This document shows, piece after piece, positions 20,808-31,380 of a stretch of DNA of 64,000 nucleotides; the first letter of the stretch is position 1, and each line of letters starts with the position of its first letter. The position numbers were made by a program, and so were the translations under genes. The notes under the pieces are model-generated. The model was not told the DNA's origin and searched no databases. It saw nothing but the letters and a program-made list of their open reading frames with translations. The stretch comes from Rhodothermales bacterium (GTDB taxonomy: Bacteria; Bacteroidota; Rhodothermia; Rhodothermales; Bin80). The stretch lies in assembly GCA_965262785.1 (NCBI GenBank), contig OZ253559.1:1819571-1883570 (forward strand). Direction: 5' to 3'.

Positions 20808-22207
20808 GCTATACGGCACGGCGTGGCTTAATGCTGGCATGCGCACTGGTTGCGTGTGCCAGTGTGCTGTATGCGCAAACGCCTTCGGAGGAGCGCTTCA
20901 CGGCTGCACTCGAAGCATTTGAGGCTGAAGCGTATGATCGGGCCTACGCAGAATTTGTAGCACTTTACAGGCAGGAGCCAGTCCATGACCATACGGCGGC
21001 TGCGCTTCTTATGGCGGGCAAGGCGCTGTACCGCCGTGGACGCTACCAGGAGTCGATGGATCTGCTGGAGCAGTTTAGGGTGGCGTTGCCTAGAAGTAGG
21101 TACCTGGCTGAGGCGGAGCAGGTCATCGCCTACGCACGGTTGCGCCTGCGGCATGGCGAGGTGCGGGCCGGTGCGCTGCGCTTGGGGGTAGCGCTGCCCC
21201 TTAGTGTCACAGATCCCTCCACGACGCAGGCGCTCTTCAACGGGATCCACGTAGCCGTGGAACTGCATAACCAGAGGAGTGCCCGCCCCGTGCAAATCAT
21301 ATTTAGGGACACGCACGGATCGCGCAATGGGGCATACGATGCCGTGCGGGCACTCATTGGCCAGCGCGTTGACGCAATTATTGGGCCCTTGTACAGCGGA
21401 GATGTGAAGCGCGTGGCACCTGTTGTTGATGAAGCCGGCGTGGCAATGGTTGCCCCGCTTGCGAACGCTGCAAATGTGACCGGCAACTGGCGTCATGTAT
21501 TTCAAGTCAACCCGACGTTTGCAGAGCGGGGACGATTTATGGCACGCCAAGCCATACGGCGATTCGGCTATACGAGGCTGGGCATTGTCTCTGAGCCGAA
21601 GGTAGGGCGCAGTGAGGCAATGGCGCGAGGATTTGAAGAGGAGGTCCTCGCACAGGGCGCAGAGGTAGCCTTTCACTTAAGGCTTGATTCTGAAAGGGAC
21701 TGGGCGCGCATTCCAGAGCTCATGAGTCCAGATACGTTGACGAGCGTCGAAGCCGTGTACCTGCCGTTGCATCAGGCTAGCACGAATCAGGAGATTCGGG
21801 TGATTGAATCAGTCCTTACGCGCCTCGGGCGCGTGCAGGGTGCTCCGCACATACTGGGTACGGAATCCTGGGGCGATGTCTCCGTAGGCTCGTTTGCCAA
21901 TCGGCTGAAAATCTCCTATGCAGATGTCTCTCATGTTCGGCGTATGAGGCCCGATGTCCGCGCCTTTCAGCGCCAATACCGGGTACTTGGTGTTTCCGGG
22001 TTGCCCGACCGTCTCGCTTACGTCGGATATGATGTGGCATCTTTTTTGATAGGGCTTATGGATGTGGGGGAACCGCTGGTGGATGCAATCGGCCGCGGCA
22101 CACCCTATGAGGGACTCGGAACGCGCATTCAGTTTGATAGCCAACGCCAGAACACAGCCATGTTTCTATTGCACCTTGATGGTCGGGGGAGCCGTCTTGC
22201 CAGGTAA
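20804..22207 (+). CDS. TPR plus periplasmic-binding-protein (type 1, Leu/Ile/Val-binding-like) domain protein
   Basis: Signal peptide LMLACALVACASVLYA, an N-terminal TPR-like helical region, then a PBP-like alpha/beta region (GALRLGVALPLS...IIGPLYS). The start is taken at the ATGA overlap with the guaA stop; 20798 is an alternative. Confidence 0.5.
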   Translation: MSYTARRGLMLACALVACASVLYAQTPSEERFTAALEAFEAEAYDRAYAEFVALYRQEPVHDHTAAALLMAGKALYRRGRYQESMDLLEQFRVALPRSRYLAEAEQVIAYARLRLRHGEVRAGALRLGVALPLSVTDPSTTQALFNGIHVAVELHNQRSARPVQIIFRDTHGSRNGAYDAVRALIGQRVDAIIGPLYSGDVKRVAPVVDEAGVAMVAPLANAANVTGNWRHVFQVNPTFAERGRFMARQAIRRFGYTRLGIVSEPKVGRSEAMARGFEEEVLAQGAEVAFHLRLDSERDWARIPELMSPDTLTSVEAVYLPLHQASTNQEIRVIESVLTRLGRVQGAPHILGTESWGDVSVGSFANRLKISYADVSHVRRMRPDVRAFQRQYRVLGVSGLPDRLAYVGYDVASFLIGLMDVGEPLVDAIGRGTPYEGLGTRIQFDSQRQNTAMFLLHLDGRGSRLAR

Positions 22208-22253
22208 GGGGCATACAGGAACAGCGGCATCAACCCAGAGTTAGCATCACTCA

Positions 22254-23078
22254 ATGGAACATTATCGTACGATGGCGCGAATTGGTGTTCTGATCCTCTT
22301 GTTTTGCATCGCGGGTTGCGCGGGCCAGGGTCGAATCAACTACCTCTCACCACAGGAGGCCTTTGATAAGGGAATGGTGGAGTATGAAAGGGGTCGCTAT
22401 TCTCGGGCCGCCCAATACTTCCGGGGGGTGTTTGACTTTGGGCGTGACGTACCGATCGCTGCGGATGCACAGCTGATGCTTGCCCGGTCCTATCGTGGCA
22501 GCAAGGATTATCTGCTTGCAGGGGACGAGTATTCGCGCTTCGGCGACCTCTATCGAACGGACCCGCGTGTCGCCGATGCCGAGTTTGAGCGGGCGATGGG
22601 CCACTTTGAGCAGTCGCCGAATTTTGAATTGGATCAGCGGCCTACCTTGCGAAGCATTGAGCAATTCAGCCTATTTATGCGTCGTTACCCACAGCATGAC
22701 TCCATTCACGCTGCGGAGCGCCGAGTGGCGGAACTACGCGAAAAGCTGGCCTACAAGCAGTTTTTCAACGCGCAGCAGTACGAACGACGGGGGCTATTTG
22801 AAGCAGCCGGCCTGTCGTATGAGGTGGTTTTTAACCAGTATCCTGAAACGCCGTTGGCCGATGATGCCCTCTTGGGTGCCATGCGCAGTTATATCAGCTT
22901 TAGTGACCAGAGCATCGCGCAGCGGCAGGCTGAACGCTTGCAAAAAGCGATCGACAGCTACGAGCGGCTTGTACAGATTTTCCCTGATAGCGAGCTGATT
23001 GGCACAGCGGAGCCGATGTACCAGCGCGCGAACGCGCGTATTGGGGAGCTATCGGGTGGAGCACCGGGCCCTTCATGA
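22254..23078 (+). CDS. bamD: outer membrane protein assembly factor BamD
   Basis: Lipoprotein signal (LLFCIAGCAG) and the TPR-like YfiO/BamD pattern (YERGRYSRAAQYF..., ...DDALLG...). 274 aa. Confidence 0.75.
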   Translation: MEHYRTMARIGVLILLFCIAGCAGQGRINYLSPQEAFDKGMVEYERGRYSRAAQYFRGVFDFGRDVPIAADAQLMLARSYRGSKDYLLAGDEYSRFGDLYRTDPRVADAEFERAMGHFEQSPNFELDQRPTLRSIEQFSLFMRRYPQHDSIHAAERRVAELREKLAYKQFFNAQQYERRGLFEAAGLSYEVVFNQYPETPLADDALLGAMRSYISFSDQSIAQRQAERLQKAIDSYERLVQIFPDSELIGTAEPMYQRANARIGELSGGAPGPS

Positions 23079-23168
23079 CCGCTGGGCTAGATGAGGACCT
23101 CGTAGCACAGTGTGCATGCGGGCGTGATAAAAGCCGGTGGCGACGGTGCGCGAAGGACGCTGCATCCC

Positions 23169-23753
23169 ATGAAGATCGCCCTGTTTGGTGGCACGTTTGA
23201 TCCGCCGCACCGGGCGCACCGGAGTGTAGCGGAGGCCGCGTCCGAAGAATTTGGGTTGGACCAGGTCTGGTGGATTCCCTCCTATGAGCCACCGCACAAA
23301 GCGGAGCGTGCGATCACACCGTTTGATCATCGTCTGGCGATGGTTCGGCTGGCGGCAGCGGGTAATCCGGCATTTCGCGTGAAGGACTTCGAGCGAAAAC
23401 GGCACGGGCCCTCGTACACGGTGGACACCGTGCGGGCCGTACTGGAAGCGAGCCCGCAAGATGCATTCTGGCTGCTCATTGGCGAGGACAGCCTTCAGCA
23501 ATTCCATTCTTGGCGTGATCCCAGGCATATTGTGGCCCAGATACCGCTTATAGTCTACCGGCGTGCCGACTCCCCGGTGGATACCCCTGTGGCGCCATAT
23601 TTGAAGGGGCGCGTTCAGTACTGCGAAGCACCGCGCATACGGATAGCTGGAACACTCATTCGCGAACAGTTGGCTAACGACGCTAACGTTGGCAATTTCG
23701 TCTCCGACCGCGTCAAGGCGTATATTGCAAAGCACGGGCTGTACAATACTTGA
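23169..23753 (+). CDS. nadD: nicotinate-nucleotide adenylyltransferase
   Basis: MKIALFGGTFDPPHRAH nucleotidyltransferase motif. The internal ATG is preferred to the ORF-track start at 23112. Confidence 0.85.
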   Translation: MKIALFGGTFDPPHRAHRSVAEAASEEFGLDQVWWIPSYEPPHKAERAITPFDHRLAMVRLAAAGNPAFRVKDFERKRHGPSYTVDTVRAVLEASPQDAFWLLIGEDSLQQFHSWRDPRHIVAQIPLIVYRRADSPVDTPVAPYLKGRVQYCEAPRIRIAGTLIREQLANDANVGNFVSDRVKAYIAKHGLYNT

Positions 23754-23779
23754 ATTGACCCGAGCGCGCGGGCACGCTA

Positions 23780-24454
23780 ATGGGATTCCTGGACTTCTTT
23801 ACGGGAGACCAGCCTCCGCTTATAAAGGGGGCGCTGGGCGATGTCTCTGCCATGCTTGACACCGGGCGCGACATGTTCGCGGCCGCTTCTGCGCATCTTC
23901 TGGAGAACGAGATATTGGAGGTAGACCTCGGAGCGCAGCATGTGACAATAGAGGCACGGGAGCGCTCAGCGAGGCGTGCGGTGCTTGAGCACCTTAACCT
24001 GGATCCAAAGCGTGAGCTTGTGCTATGCATCAAGCTCATCACCGTCGTCTATGAAGCTGAGCGCATCGGGGAAGTAGGCATGATGATGGGTCGTGCTGCG
24101 TGGCTGGCACACCGGCCAAGGCTTGGCTTGATGGCAGACAGGCTGCGCGAAATCCGCACGGTCACGCACGGATTCTTTGACGTGGCGCGTGATGCATTTC
24201 TGGAGGGCGATCAAACGAAGGCGCGCGTACTCCTAGCGCAGCAGCAGCCGGTGAAGTCCACGCTGGAGGGGTACATTCATGATCTTGCTGCCATGGAGAT
24301 TACGTCAAATGAAGCGGTAGTGTACACCATGGCCACGCATGCGCTGGAGCGTACCGGTGCGCATCTTGCAAATATTGCCAGCGTAGTGACATCACCATTC
24401 GATCAAATACGCAGCGGAGCGAGCGGCCCAAGCGACGGCAGCACGCAAGGCTGA
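23780..24454 (+). CDS. PhoU-domain protein
   Basis: Two helical repeats carry the ..ERIGE../..LERTGAHLANIA signatures that resemble the PhoU ERIGDxAxNIA motif. Confidence 0.5.
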   Translation: MGFLDFFTGDQPPLIKGALGDVSAMLDTGRDMFAAASAHLLENEILEVDLGAQHVTIEARERSARRAVLEHLNLDPKRELVLCIKLITVVYEAERIGEVGMMMGRAAWLAHRPRLGLMADRLREIRTVTHGFFDVARDAFLEGDQTKARVLLAQQQPVKSTLEGYIHDLAAMEITSNEAVVYTMATHALERTGAHLANIASVVTSPFDQIRSGASGPSDGSTQG

Positions 24455-24551
24455 TGAATGCGCGGCTGGTTCTGATTGGCGACTCACACAGTAGTGCCGT
24501 CAGTGGTTACCTTTGCCTCGGCCCATTCTCCACTAATACCGCTATTCAGCA

Positions 24552-25112
24552 ATGGCACTCACCGAATCAGTGATGACGGCCCTCGGCATGCCAGCGCCTG
24601 CCTTCGACCTCCCCGTTGCCAACCCGAACTCCCGGGAGTCCTCGGTCAGCCTGGCGGACTATGACGGTGCACCATGCCTGGTGGTAACCTTCATATGTAA
24701 TCACTGCCCGTTTGTGGTGCACATTGAAGATGCGCTCTTGGAGGTAGCCCGCAGATACCAGGCCCGCGGTGTTGCCTTTGTTGGAATCAGCGCCAACGAT
24801 GCCCATCAATATCCAGCGGACTCCTTTGAGAACATGGCGCGGCGAACCAGGGAGAAGAAATATCCTTTTCCATATCTGTACGATGAGTCGCAAGAGGTCG
24901 CGCGTGCCTACGGGGCAGTATGCACGCCCGACTTCTTCGTGTACGACAAGGACCGGAAGCTGGCCTATCGAGGGCGTTTCGACGCAACGCGCCCAGGCAT
25001 GGGGGCGCCTAAAGGGACAGACCTTTGTCGCGCATTGGACGAGTTGATCTCTAACGGGTTGGTCAGTATGGTACAGCGACCATCCATGGGGTGCAACATC
25101 AAGTGGAAATAG
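24552..25112 (+). CDS. thioredoxin-fold (AhpC/TSA-like) protein
   Basis: The block VVTFICNHCPFV (CxxC) lies in a thioredoxin-fold context. 186 aa. Confidence 0.65.
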   Translation: MALTESVMTALGMPAPAFDLPVANPNSRESSVSLADYDGAPCLVVTFICNHCPFVVHIEDALLEVARRYQARGVAFVGISANDAHQYPADSFENMARRTREKKYPFPYLYDESQEVARAYGAVCTPDFFVYDKDRKLAYRGRFDATRPGMGAPKGTDLCRALDELISNGLVSMVQRPSMGCNIKWK

Positions 25113-25136
25113 GGCGGACCTCGCTCTGCTGACAGC

Positions 25137-26558
25137 ATGGACTGGATTGTACTTCTGCCGCCCATCGTAGCAATTGGCTTGGCGTTATGGACACGCCAGG
25201 TGTTCCTGTCGCTCGTGGCTGGGCTATGGATAGGCACCACGATCCTGGGTGGGGGCAACCCGCTTGCCGGGCTCAAGGGGATGGCGGACGTGATGGTCGA
25301 AGTGTTTGGGGACGCGTCCAACAGCCGGATAATCTTGTTCAGCCTCTTGGTGGGCGGGCTTATCGCGCTGGTCCAGGTGTCTGGCGGTGTGGCCGCGTTT
25401 ACGCGATGGGTGCAGCAGCGCGGATGGGGTAAGACGCGGCGCAGCGCCGAGCTCTTGGCTTTTGTGGTCGGCATGATCATTTTCGTTGAGTCAAGCATCA
25501 CTTCGCTCATCGTCGGGACGCTCAACCGCCCGTTTTTTGACAGTCTCAAGCTCCCGCGGGAGAAGCTTGCTTACTATTGTGATGCCACAAGTGCGCCCGT
25601 TTGCATGTCCATTCCGCTGAATGGTTGGGGCGCATTTGTCCTTGGCCTAATCATCACGCAGGGCTACGCAGCAGAGTCGGTGTCGCTCTTGATGCGGTCG
25701 CTTCTTCTCAACTTCTTTTGCCTGTTCGCAATCGCTTTTGCACTCATTCTGGCGCTAACGGGGTGGAGCTTTGGGAGCATGAAACGAGCCCAGATCCGTG
25801 CTGCTACTACGGGTCATGTAACGCGGCCAGGCTCAAGCCCCATGATCGCGGACGATGTGGCGAACCTTGCACCTGTTCGACCCGGGGTGGGTAATGCCGG
25901 GGACCTGATTATCCCCGTGGCCGTGATGATTGCGATGATATTCGTGAGCCTCTGGATCACCGGGGACGGCGACCTTATGGAAGGAAGCGGATCAACAGCC
26001 GTGCTCTGGGCGGTTGGGGCGGCAATCGGCGTGGCGATGGTGCTGTACACGATGCCGCGGCGTGGGAGCCCGCTGCTTTCCCCTGCCAAGTCAACGGACT
26101 ACGTTATCAAGGGCGCGTCCGGGCTTGTCGGCGTGGTGGCGCTGCTTGTCTTGGCCTTTGCTCTGGGAAATGTGTCGCGTGAGCTCGAGATGGGCCCGTA
26201 CATTGTGTCGCTTATTGGCGAAACAGGACAGACATGGTGGTTGCCGGGACTCGTGTTTCTGGTGGGGTGCGTGGTATCATTCACCTTGGGGTCGTCGTGG
26301 ACCGCGTTTGCCATTCTCATTCCACTTGTGTTGCCGCTGGCTGACGGGCTTGATCTGTCTATGCCGCTAATGCTGGGCGCGGTGCTATCTGGCGGCGTGT
26401 ACGGCGACCACGCTTCACCGTTGTCGGACACTTCGATTATTTCGTCTATGTCAGCGGCCTGCGACCACGTTGACCACATCAACACGCAGCTTCCGTATAC
26501 GCTCACGGTAGCCGGCGCTTCGCTGATCGCCTTCCTGATTGCTGGTGTGGCGTTGTAG
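25137..26558 (+). CDS. Na+/H+ antiporter family (NhaC-type) membrane transporter
   Basis: 473 aa and polytopic. The block REKLAYYCDATSAPVCMSIPLNGW resembles the Na_H_antiporter family signature. Confidence 0.55.
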   Translation: MDWIVLLPPIVAIGLALWTRQVFLSLVAGLWIGTTILGGGNPLAGLKGMADVMVEVFGDASNSRIILFSLLVGGLIALVQVSGGVAAFTRWVQQRGWGKTRRSAELLAFVVGMIIFVESSITSLIVGTLNRPFFDSLKLPREKLAYYCDATSAPVCMSIPLNGWGAFVLGLIITQGYAAESVSLLMRSLLLNFFCLFAIAFALILALTGWSFGSMKRAQIRAATTGHVTRPGSSPMIADDVANLAPVRPGVGNAGDLIIPVAVMIAMIFVSLWITGDGDLMEGSGSTAVLWAVGAAIGVAMVLYTMPRRGSPLLSPAKSTDYVIKGASGLVGVVALLVLAFALGNVSRELEMGPYIVSLIGETGQTWWLPGLVFLVGCVVSFTLGSSWTAFAILIPLVLPLADGLDLSMPLMLGAVLSGGVYGDHASPLSDTSIISSMSAACDHVDHINTQLPYTLTVAGASLIAFLIAGVAL

Positions 26559-26739
26559 ACCAACACTGGCGCAGTAGCCGTTACAAGATATTCAGTGGCG
26601 TACCTAGTGCCTGCCCGAAAATACTTTAAGTCTTTACACAACAACCAGTTATATCTACCTATTGGCGGTGAATATGAGGGACATATAGCCGATTTGGACG
26701 TTTAAGGGCACAGAACGGCTCACATTCGCCAAGAAAGCC

Positions 26740-28173
26740 ATGCGCAAGATTGTCCCGGAGTGCCGTGCACTCGACAGTACGCCGATTGAGGAGATTGCCA
26801 TAGACCCGAGAATGCGCGACGACATGAGTGCGGTGCTCAAGGGTCTGCAGAGCGTCTACTGCAAGGCGGAATCGCGTGCGGCCTTGTTCACGATTCTCAA
26901 GACGCATTTTCAGCCGGGAACGCGCAGAGACGTGGGGCGACCGGGGTTGGATCTATGGCGACTCATCGTGTTTGCCATTGTGAAGCAGTGCCTGGATCTG
27001 GACTACGATGCTTTGTTGTACCGGGCGAACAACGATCTTTTGCTGCGGGAGCTGTTGGGGCATGGCGAGGCCGGGTTTGATGCGGTGAAGTACAGCAGAC
27101 AGCGACTGGTGGACAACGTTCAGCTTTTGACGCCGGAGCTGATCGACGAGGTGATCCATTTGATCGTGCGGACCGGGCACGAGGTGGCTGGCAAAAAGTC
27201 TGGAGCCGCGCTACGCGGTCGCTGCGATTCCAGGGTGGTTAAGACGCATGTGCACTATCCCACCGATGTGAGCCTGTGCTGGGATGCGGTTCGGGGTCTG
27301 ATACGAGTGAGTGCACGATCGGCTGCGGCGTTCGGTCTTGCGGGCTGGCGCAAGCATGCGGATCGCACGAGGAAGGCATACCAGGCCTTCAGCCGGGTGC
27401 GGACGGCCCCGCGCTACCGGCAGAATCCGAAGGGAGTGAAGGCGTACTTGCGCCGGTGCACGCAAAATACAGCGCATGCCCGGACGCTGCTGGATGCCCT
27501 GGCCACGGTGGAGAAATCGGCGGCGGCACAAGCGGAGATCACGTATTACCTGCGCTACGTGGACCTTTTGGTGGATCAGATCAGGCGACGCATCCTGTTG
27601 GGCGAGAAGATTCCGCATGCGGAGAAGGTGTTTTCCATCCACAAGCCACACACGCGGTGGATCAGCAAAGGCAAGGCAGGGGTGCTGGCGGAGCTGGGCC
27701 TACCAGTTGCCGTGGTAGAAGATGAGCACCAGTTCATATTGGCTTATCACATCCTGTGGGACACGTCGGATGTAGAGGTGGCGGTACCGATCATTGACGC
27801 GGTTCAGGCAGCTTTTCCAGAATTCAATACGTGCAGCTTTGACCGGGGCTTTCACAGTATGAAGAATCGAGCGGCATTGGATACGCGGCTGGTGGTCAAT
27901 GCGCTTCCGAAGAAGGGCAAGCTTTCTCTGGCGGAGCGAGCGCGGGAGCGCGCGCCTGCGTTCAAGGCAGCGCGGCAGCAGCATCCGGCCGTCGAGTCGT
28001 GTCTAGCCAATTTTGGACTTCGCGGCGGTGCGCTGGTGCGGGAGAAGAGTCCAGAGAACTTCGCGCTGATGGTGAGCCTGTCGGTGCTGGCGGTCAACGT
28101 GCACCGGCTGGGCTGCCTGGTGCGCGACCAGGAACGGGCACGCATAAGGCGTCGGCGAAAGCGCGCAGCGTAG
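26740..28173 (+). CDS. DDE transposase, ISNCY-type
   Basis: 477 aa and a paralogue of 40234..41658 (shared blocks ...P.EEI..D.R.RDD..AVL.GLQ.., GRPG..LWRI.V.., HV..PTDV.L.WDA.R.LIR, KIPH..K.FS.H.PHTRWI.KGKAG). The family name comes from memory of this signature. Confidence 0.65.
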   Translation: MRKIVPECRALDSTPIEEIAIDPRMRDDMSAVLKGLQSVYCKAESRAALFTILKTHFQPGTRRDVGRPGLDLWRLIVFAIVKQCLDLDYDALLYRANNDLLLRELLGHGEAGFDAVKYSRQRLVDNVQLLTPELIDEVIHLIVRTGHEVAGKKSGAALRGRCDSRVVKTHVHYPTDVSLCWDAVRGLIRVSARSAAAFGLAGWRKHADRTRKAYQAFSRVRTAPRYRQNPKGVKAYLRRCTQNTAHARTLLDALATVEKSAAAQAEITYYLRYVDLLVDQIRRRILLGEKIPHAEKVFSIHKPHTRWISKGKAGVLAELGLPVAVVEDEHQFILAYHILWDTSDVEVAVPIIDAVQAAFPEFNTCSFDRGFHSMKNRAALDTRLVVNALPKKGKLSLAERARERAPAFKAARQQHPAVESCLANFGLRGGALVREKSPENFALMVSLSVLAVNVHRLGCLVRDQERARIRRRRKRAA

Positions 28174-28433
28174 GCTCGCTACCACCTCGCAGAAAGGCCC
28201 CCAATTCGTGGCCCTGCACAGGGCACAAGGGACACGTATGCCCTCCCGATAGGAATACAACGCCATTGGGGCCGCAAACTGCCCGTGCGCGAACGCAAGA
28301 GACGCCAGTCTGGCCGAAACACTCGAAGCGGACCGTGAACGAACTCAAAAAACGACTGCACCTACGCGCCCTACCTCTACTTCGCCATTTTATGACTCAA
28401 ACAGTATAGGTGGACACATTCTCCACATATAAG

Positions 28434-30499
28434 AAAAGGGTGTACTCCCGCCTGGCTGGCACTACTTTTCTAACGCCTTGCGCCCGCCCTAGTCCTGGCG
28501 CACGTAGCGTTGCCGATGCAGGCTGGGCGTGACGCCGCAGATCCGCGCTATCTGAGCCAGCTCTGCTCTTGGGCGCTCGTCCTGCACGTTGACAATCACT
28601 TGACCTTGGGTGTCCTTTATGGTCGTCATCACCCGCTGCCAGGCGCTCAGCTTCTGGCGAAGCGTCTTCCAGCTGGCGTGGATGCCCTGCGCCTTCAATT
28701 GTGTCCGGATCAGGTGCACGGCGTGATAGGCATACACGGCAATGCTGATGTGCGCCGCGATGCGTGCGTCCTTGCTGTGGTATAGCGGCCGCATCCCCAG
28801 TTCCGACTTCAACGAGCGGAAGGTGGCCTCCACCTCGGACAGCCGCCAATACGTGGCTACAATGTGCTTAAGGTCCCATCCCGTCTGACTGGTGCGCAGC
28901 ACGTAGCCCCCCAGGGCCTCATCGGCCTCTTCCCACTGCGTCTTGCGTGCAAACTTCACGGCCTTGGCGTTGGGGCCACTCCCTTCTACAACCGTCACTT
29001 CGTACTGATGAGATACGCGGGCATATCGCTCTTTTATGCGTCCGACCTGCTCTACGACCTTCTTGAGCCGCTTGGTATGGTAGGGCTTCTGCAGCCCTTC
29101 GTGCAGCGAGGTGAGGGCTGCTTCCAGTAGCGTGCGCCGGCGCTGGAGGATCTGCTCTTCCTTGTGCTTTCTGGCTTCGCTGACGGCATAGAGCAGCATC
29201 TCCTGCTTCTTTTGCTGCAACTGCCACACGCGTACGGCGTGTCCAGCCTGCGTGGTCAGCGTACTGTCGGGCTCCCGCTCTGGCGGCAGGGGCCGCTTAC
29301 CCCGGTGTACGCAGATCCAGTCGTAGCCCTGTTCTGCCAGCCAGGACACGTTTGCTTCCGTAGCGATCCCTGCATCCATGACCACCGTCGGCTTCTGGCC
29401 GTCCACGCTGGCGTTCAGACGCTCGATAGCGTCCTGCAGCGTGCCGGGCTCCGAGACGTTGCCGGGCAAGATCTCGCAGGTGCGCGGGAAGCCCGCGCCA
29501 TCGAGCACCAGCCCGAGCGTCACCAGCGGACAATCGGAACGCTTTTGCTTCGAACGTCCATAGGCCAGGTACTCGCCGTGCTGTCGGCCATGGTAATGGG
29601 TGTTGGTCAGGTCATAAAAAACAACGGTCTCCGGCAGGCTCAAGAGCGTCCGCTCCTTTTGGAAGAGCGCTTGCTGAATCGCTTGGTTGTGCTCCCAGAG
29701 CAGGTCCCCAATGCGATACAGCTTCGCTAACGACACTTTCCTGCCGGGGCGCAGCCCCAGCAGGTCCAGCGTCGTCGACCTGCTTTGCAACCACTGAAGC
29801 GTAGCCCGTTCGCTGTTGGGATGCAGCATGCGTGCGACCACCAGCGCTACGGCCAGGCGCGCGTCGCGCTCCTTGGCACCGGCCTGGATCAGCGTGTCTT
29901 TCAGTCCCAGATCCTCAAGCGCCTGAAGGCAGACGCGCTCTGCGCCCACGCTGCGAGCATGCTCCGGGTGCTCAAGGGAGTCCATGTCCACCGTCATGAC
30001 GCTGTCAGGCTCACCCTCCGGCTTCGCGTGTGCACCTATGCCGCGTGCGCGTAGCTGCGCGACAATGGCTTCGGCGGTGTGCTGCAGGTCGGGATCGAAC
30101 ACGAGCGTCGGCTGCCCCTGCAACAAATTCTCTATGTGAAGCACCAAGGTGCCCCACTGGTCACGGGGCGTGTCAAAGTGGACGCCCAGGTTCAGCAGGG
30201 TCGACTGGCGCACCTTCCCGCCGATGCGGTCGCTGCGTACCAGGCGGTAGCTGTGTCGCGCTTCACCTTTCTTTGCGTGGGTCTTGGTCGCCCGTATGTA
30301 CATGGTGTCTGCAGGTCAATGCCGACTCCAAGATAGTGCATGGGCGCACCTGTAGCAAGTCCCCACCAACAATCCTGGCACTACAATGGCCTTTTTCAGC
30401 CGAATACGCTAAACTTCACGTATTCTTCACCATATAGCCGAGAAATACGGCTGAAAAGCGGCTGAAAAGGGCGAAAAGTGGGCTGGGAGTACCTGGTTT
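28434..30499 (-). mobile_element. IS1634-type insertion sequence nested in the 3' part of ISNCY copy 1 (ends approximate)
   Basis: Imperfect inverted ends AAA.GGGTGTACTCCCGCC (about 28434-28452) and GGCTGGGAGTACCTGGTTT (30481-30499). I could not identify a TSD. Confidence 0.55.
28489..30303 (-). CDS. IS1634-family transposase
   Basis: 604 aa. The N-terminus MYIRATKTHAKKGEARHSYRLVRSDRIGGKVRQSTLLNLG is the typical IS1634-family opening, followed by a DDE region. Confidence 0.7.
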   Translation of the reverse strand: MYIRATKTHAKKGEARHSYRLVRSDRIGGKVRQSTLLNLGVHFDTPRDQWGTLVLHIENLLQGQPTLVFDPDLQHTAEAIVAQLRARGIGAHAKPEGEPDSVMTVDMDSLEHPEHARSVGAERVCLQALEDLGLKDTLIQAGAKERDARLAVALVVARMLHPNSERATLQWLQSRSTTLDLLGLRPGRKVSLAKLYRIGDLLWEHNQAIQQALFQKERTLLSLPETVVFYDLTNTHYHGRQHGEYLAYGRSKQKRSDCPLVTLGLVLDGAGFPRTCEILPGNVSEPGTLQDAIERLNASVDGQKPTVVMDAGIATEANVSWLAEQGYDWICVHRGKRPLPPEREPDSTLTTQAGHAVRVWQLQQKKQEMLLYAVSEARKHKEEQILQRRRTLLEAALTSLHEGLQKPYHTKRLKKVVEQVGRIKERYARVSHQYEVTVVEGSGPNAKAVKFARKTQWEEADEALGGYVLRTSQTGWDLKHIVATYWRLSEVEATFRSLKSELGMRPLYHSKDARIAAHISIAVYAYHAVHLIRTQLKAQGIHASWKTLRQKLSAWQRVMTTIKDTQGQVIVNVQDERPRAELAQIARICGVTPSLHRQRYVRQD

Positions 30500-31380
30500 A
30501 GCCCCCCTTGGGCCACGGTTGGTTCCCAAAATGGCGAAGTCGGGCTACGCCCGGCAAAGGGGGTTTTCGGTCAATCACTACCTAGGCTGTGCGCGAGGTT
30601 GACGTGAGAGACAAACCGGAATGGCAACGAGACGCACCGTGATGTGTAAGCACTTGGCTACGCAACTAGCCCCTCAGTCCTCAACTGTGTTACAAAGCCT
30701 ACCGTGCCAACGCCATAAACGGCCGAGCCGGTGCCAACCGGTACAGCAGGTTCATAGCAAAAGAGCCTGGGCCGCGACGCATTGTGGCATGGACGGCGCG
30801 CCACATACCTTGGGGTATACACCGCCGATGCGATGGCGGGCCATACTGTCGCATCAACTACGGTTATTGTGCGAATAGGTCGGACTCAGGTCGCACGAGT
30901 TACGGCCAGCCGTAGGCAATTGCGCCGGGTCTATGCCGCGACCTGAAGCCCACCTAATCTTGGTCGCTGCTATCCTGTGTCCTGAGCGCCACCAGTGAAT
31001 CTGCTTCATGGAAGTGGATATTCACCCGCAGATGCATGCCAGGTAGCTCGGCAAACGAGCATCAGATTGTTGAGCAGGTGTGGGAGCCGGTTGTAGCGCA
31101 AGGTCAAGCCTGTCAAACAGGCTCGATGCACTAAGGCCCTGGCGCTAGATACCTAGCCGGCTTCCGTGTGTCCGTTGATGGGCACATTTTGGTGCCGTTG
31201 CCCGCAGGGTCTAATGATCCTGCGGCACTGCATCGACCCATAGAGTAAACAGCAGTCCAAATCAATTCTGTCATTGCGCCAGGAATTCGAGTAGTGGTCG
31301 GCTTCCTACGGAATAGGTGGCCAAATTCCATCGGAAAGCGTAATAGGTCAAATAAACTGCTAAAAAATCAGCATTTGGCC

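Larger units (their letters stand above)
26608..30578 (+). mobile_element. ISNCY-type insertion sequence, copy 1, itself interrupted by an IS1634-type element
   Basis: Left end (G)TGCCTGCCCGAAAATAC at 26608. Right end GTTTTCGGTCAATCAC ends at 30578. These are inverted repeats of each other and of the copy 2 ends. A 6-7-bp direct repeat TACCTAG lies at 26601-26607 and 30579-30585. Confidence 0.7.
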
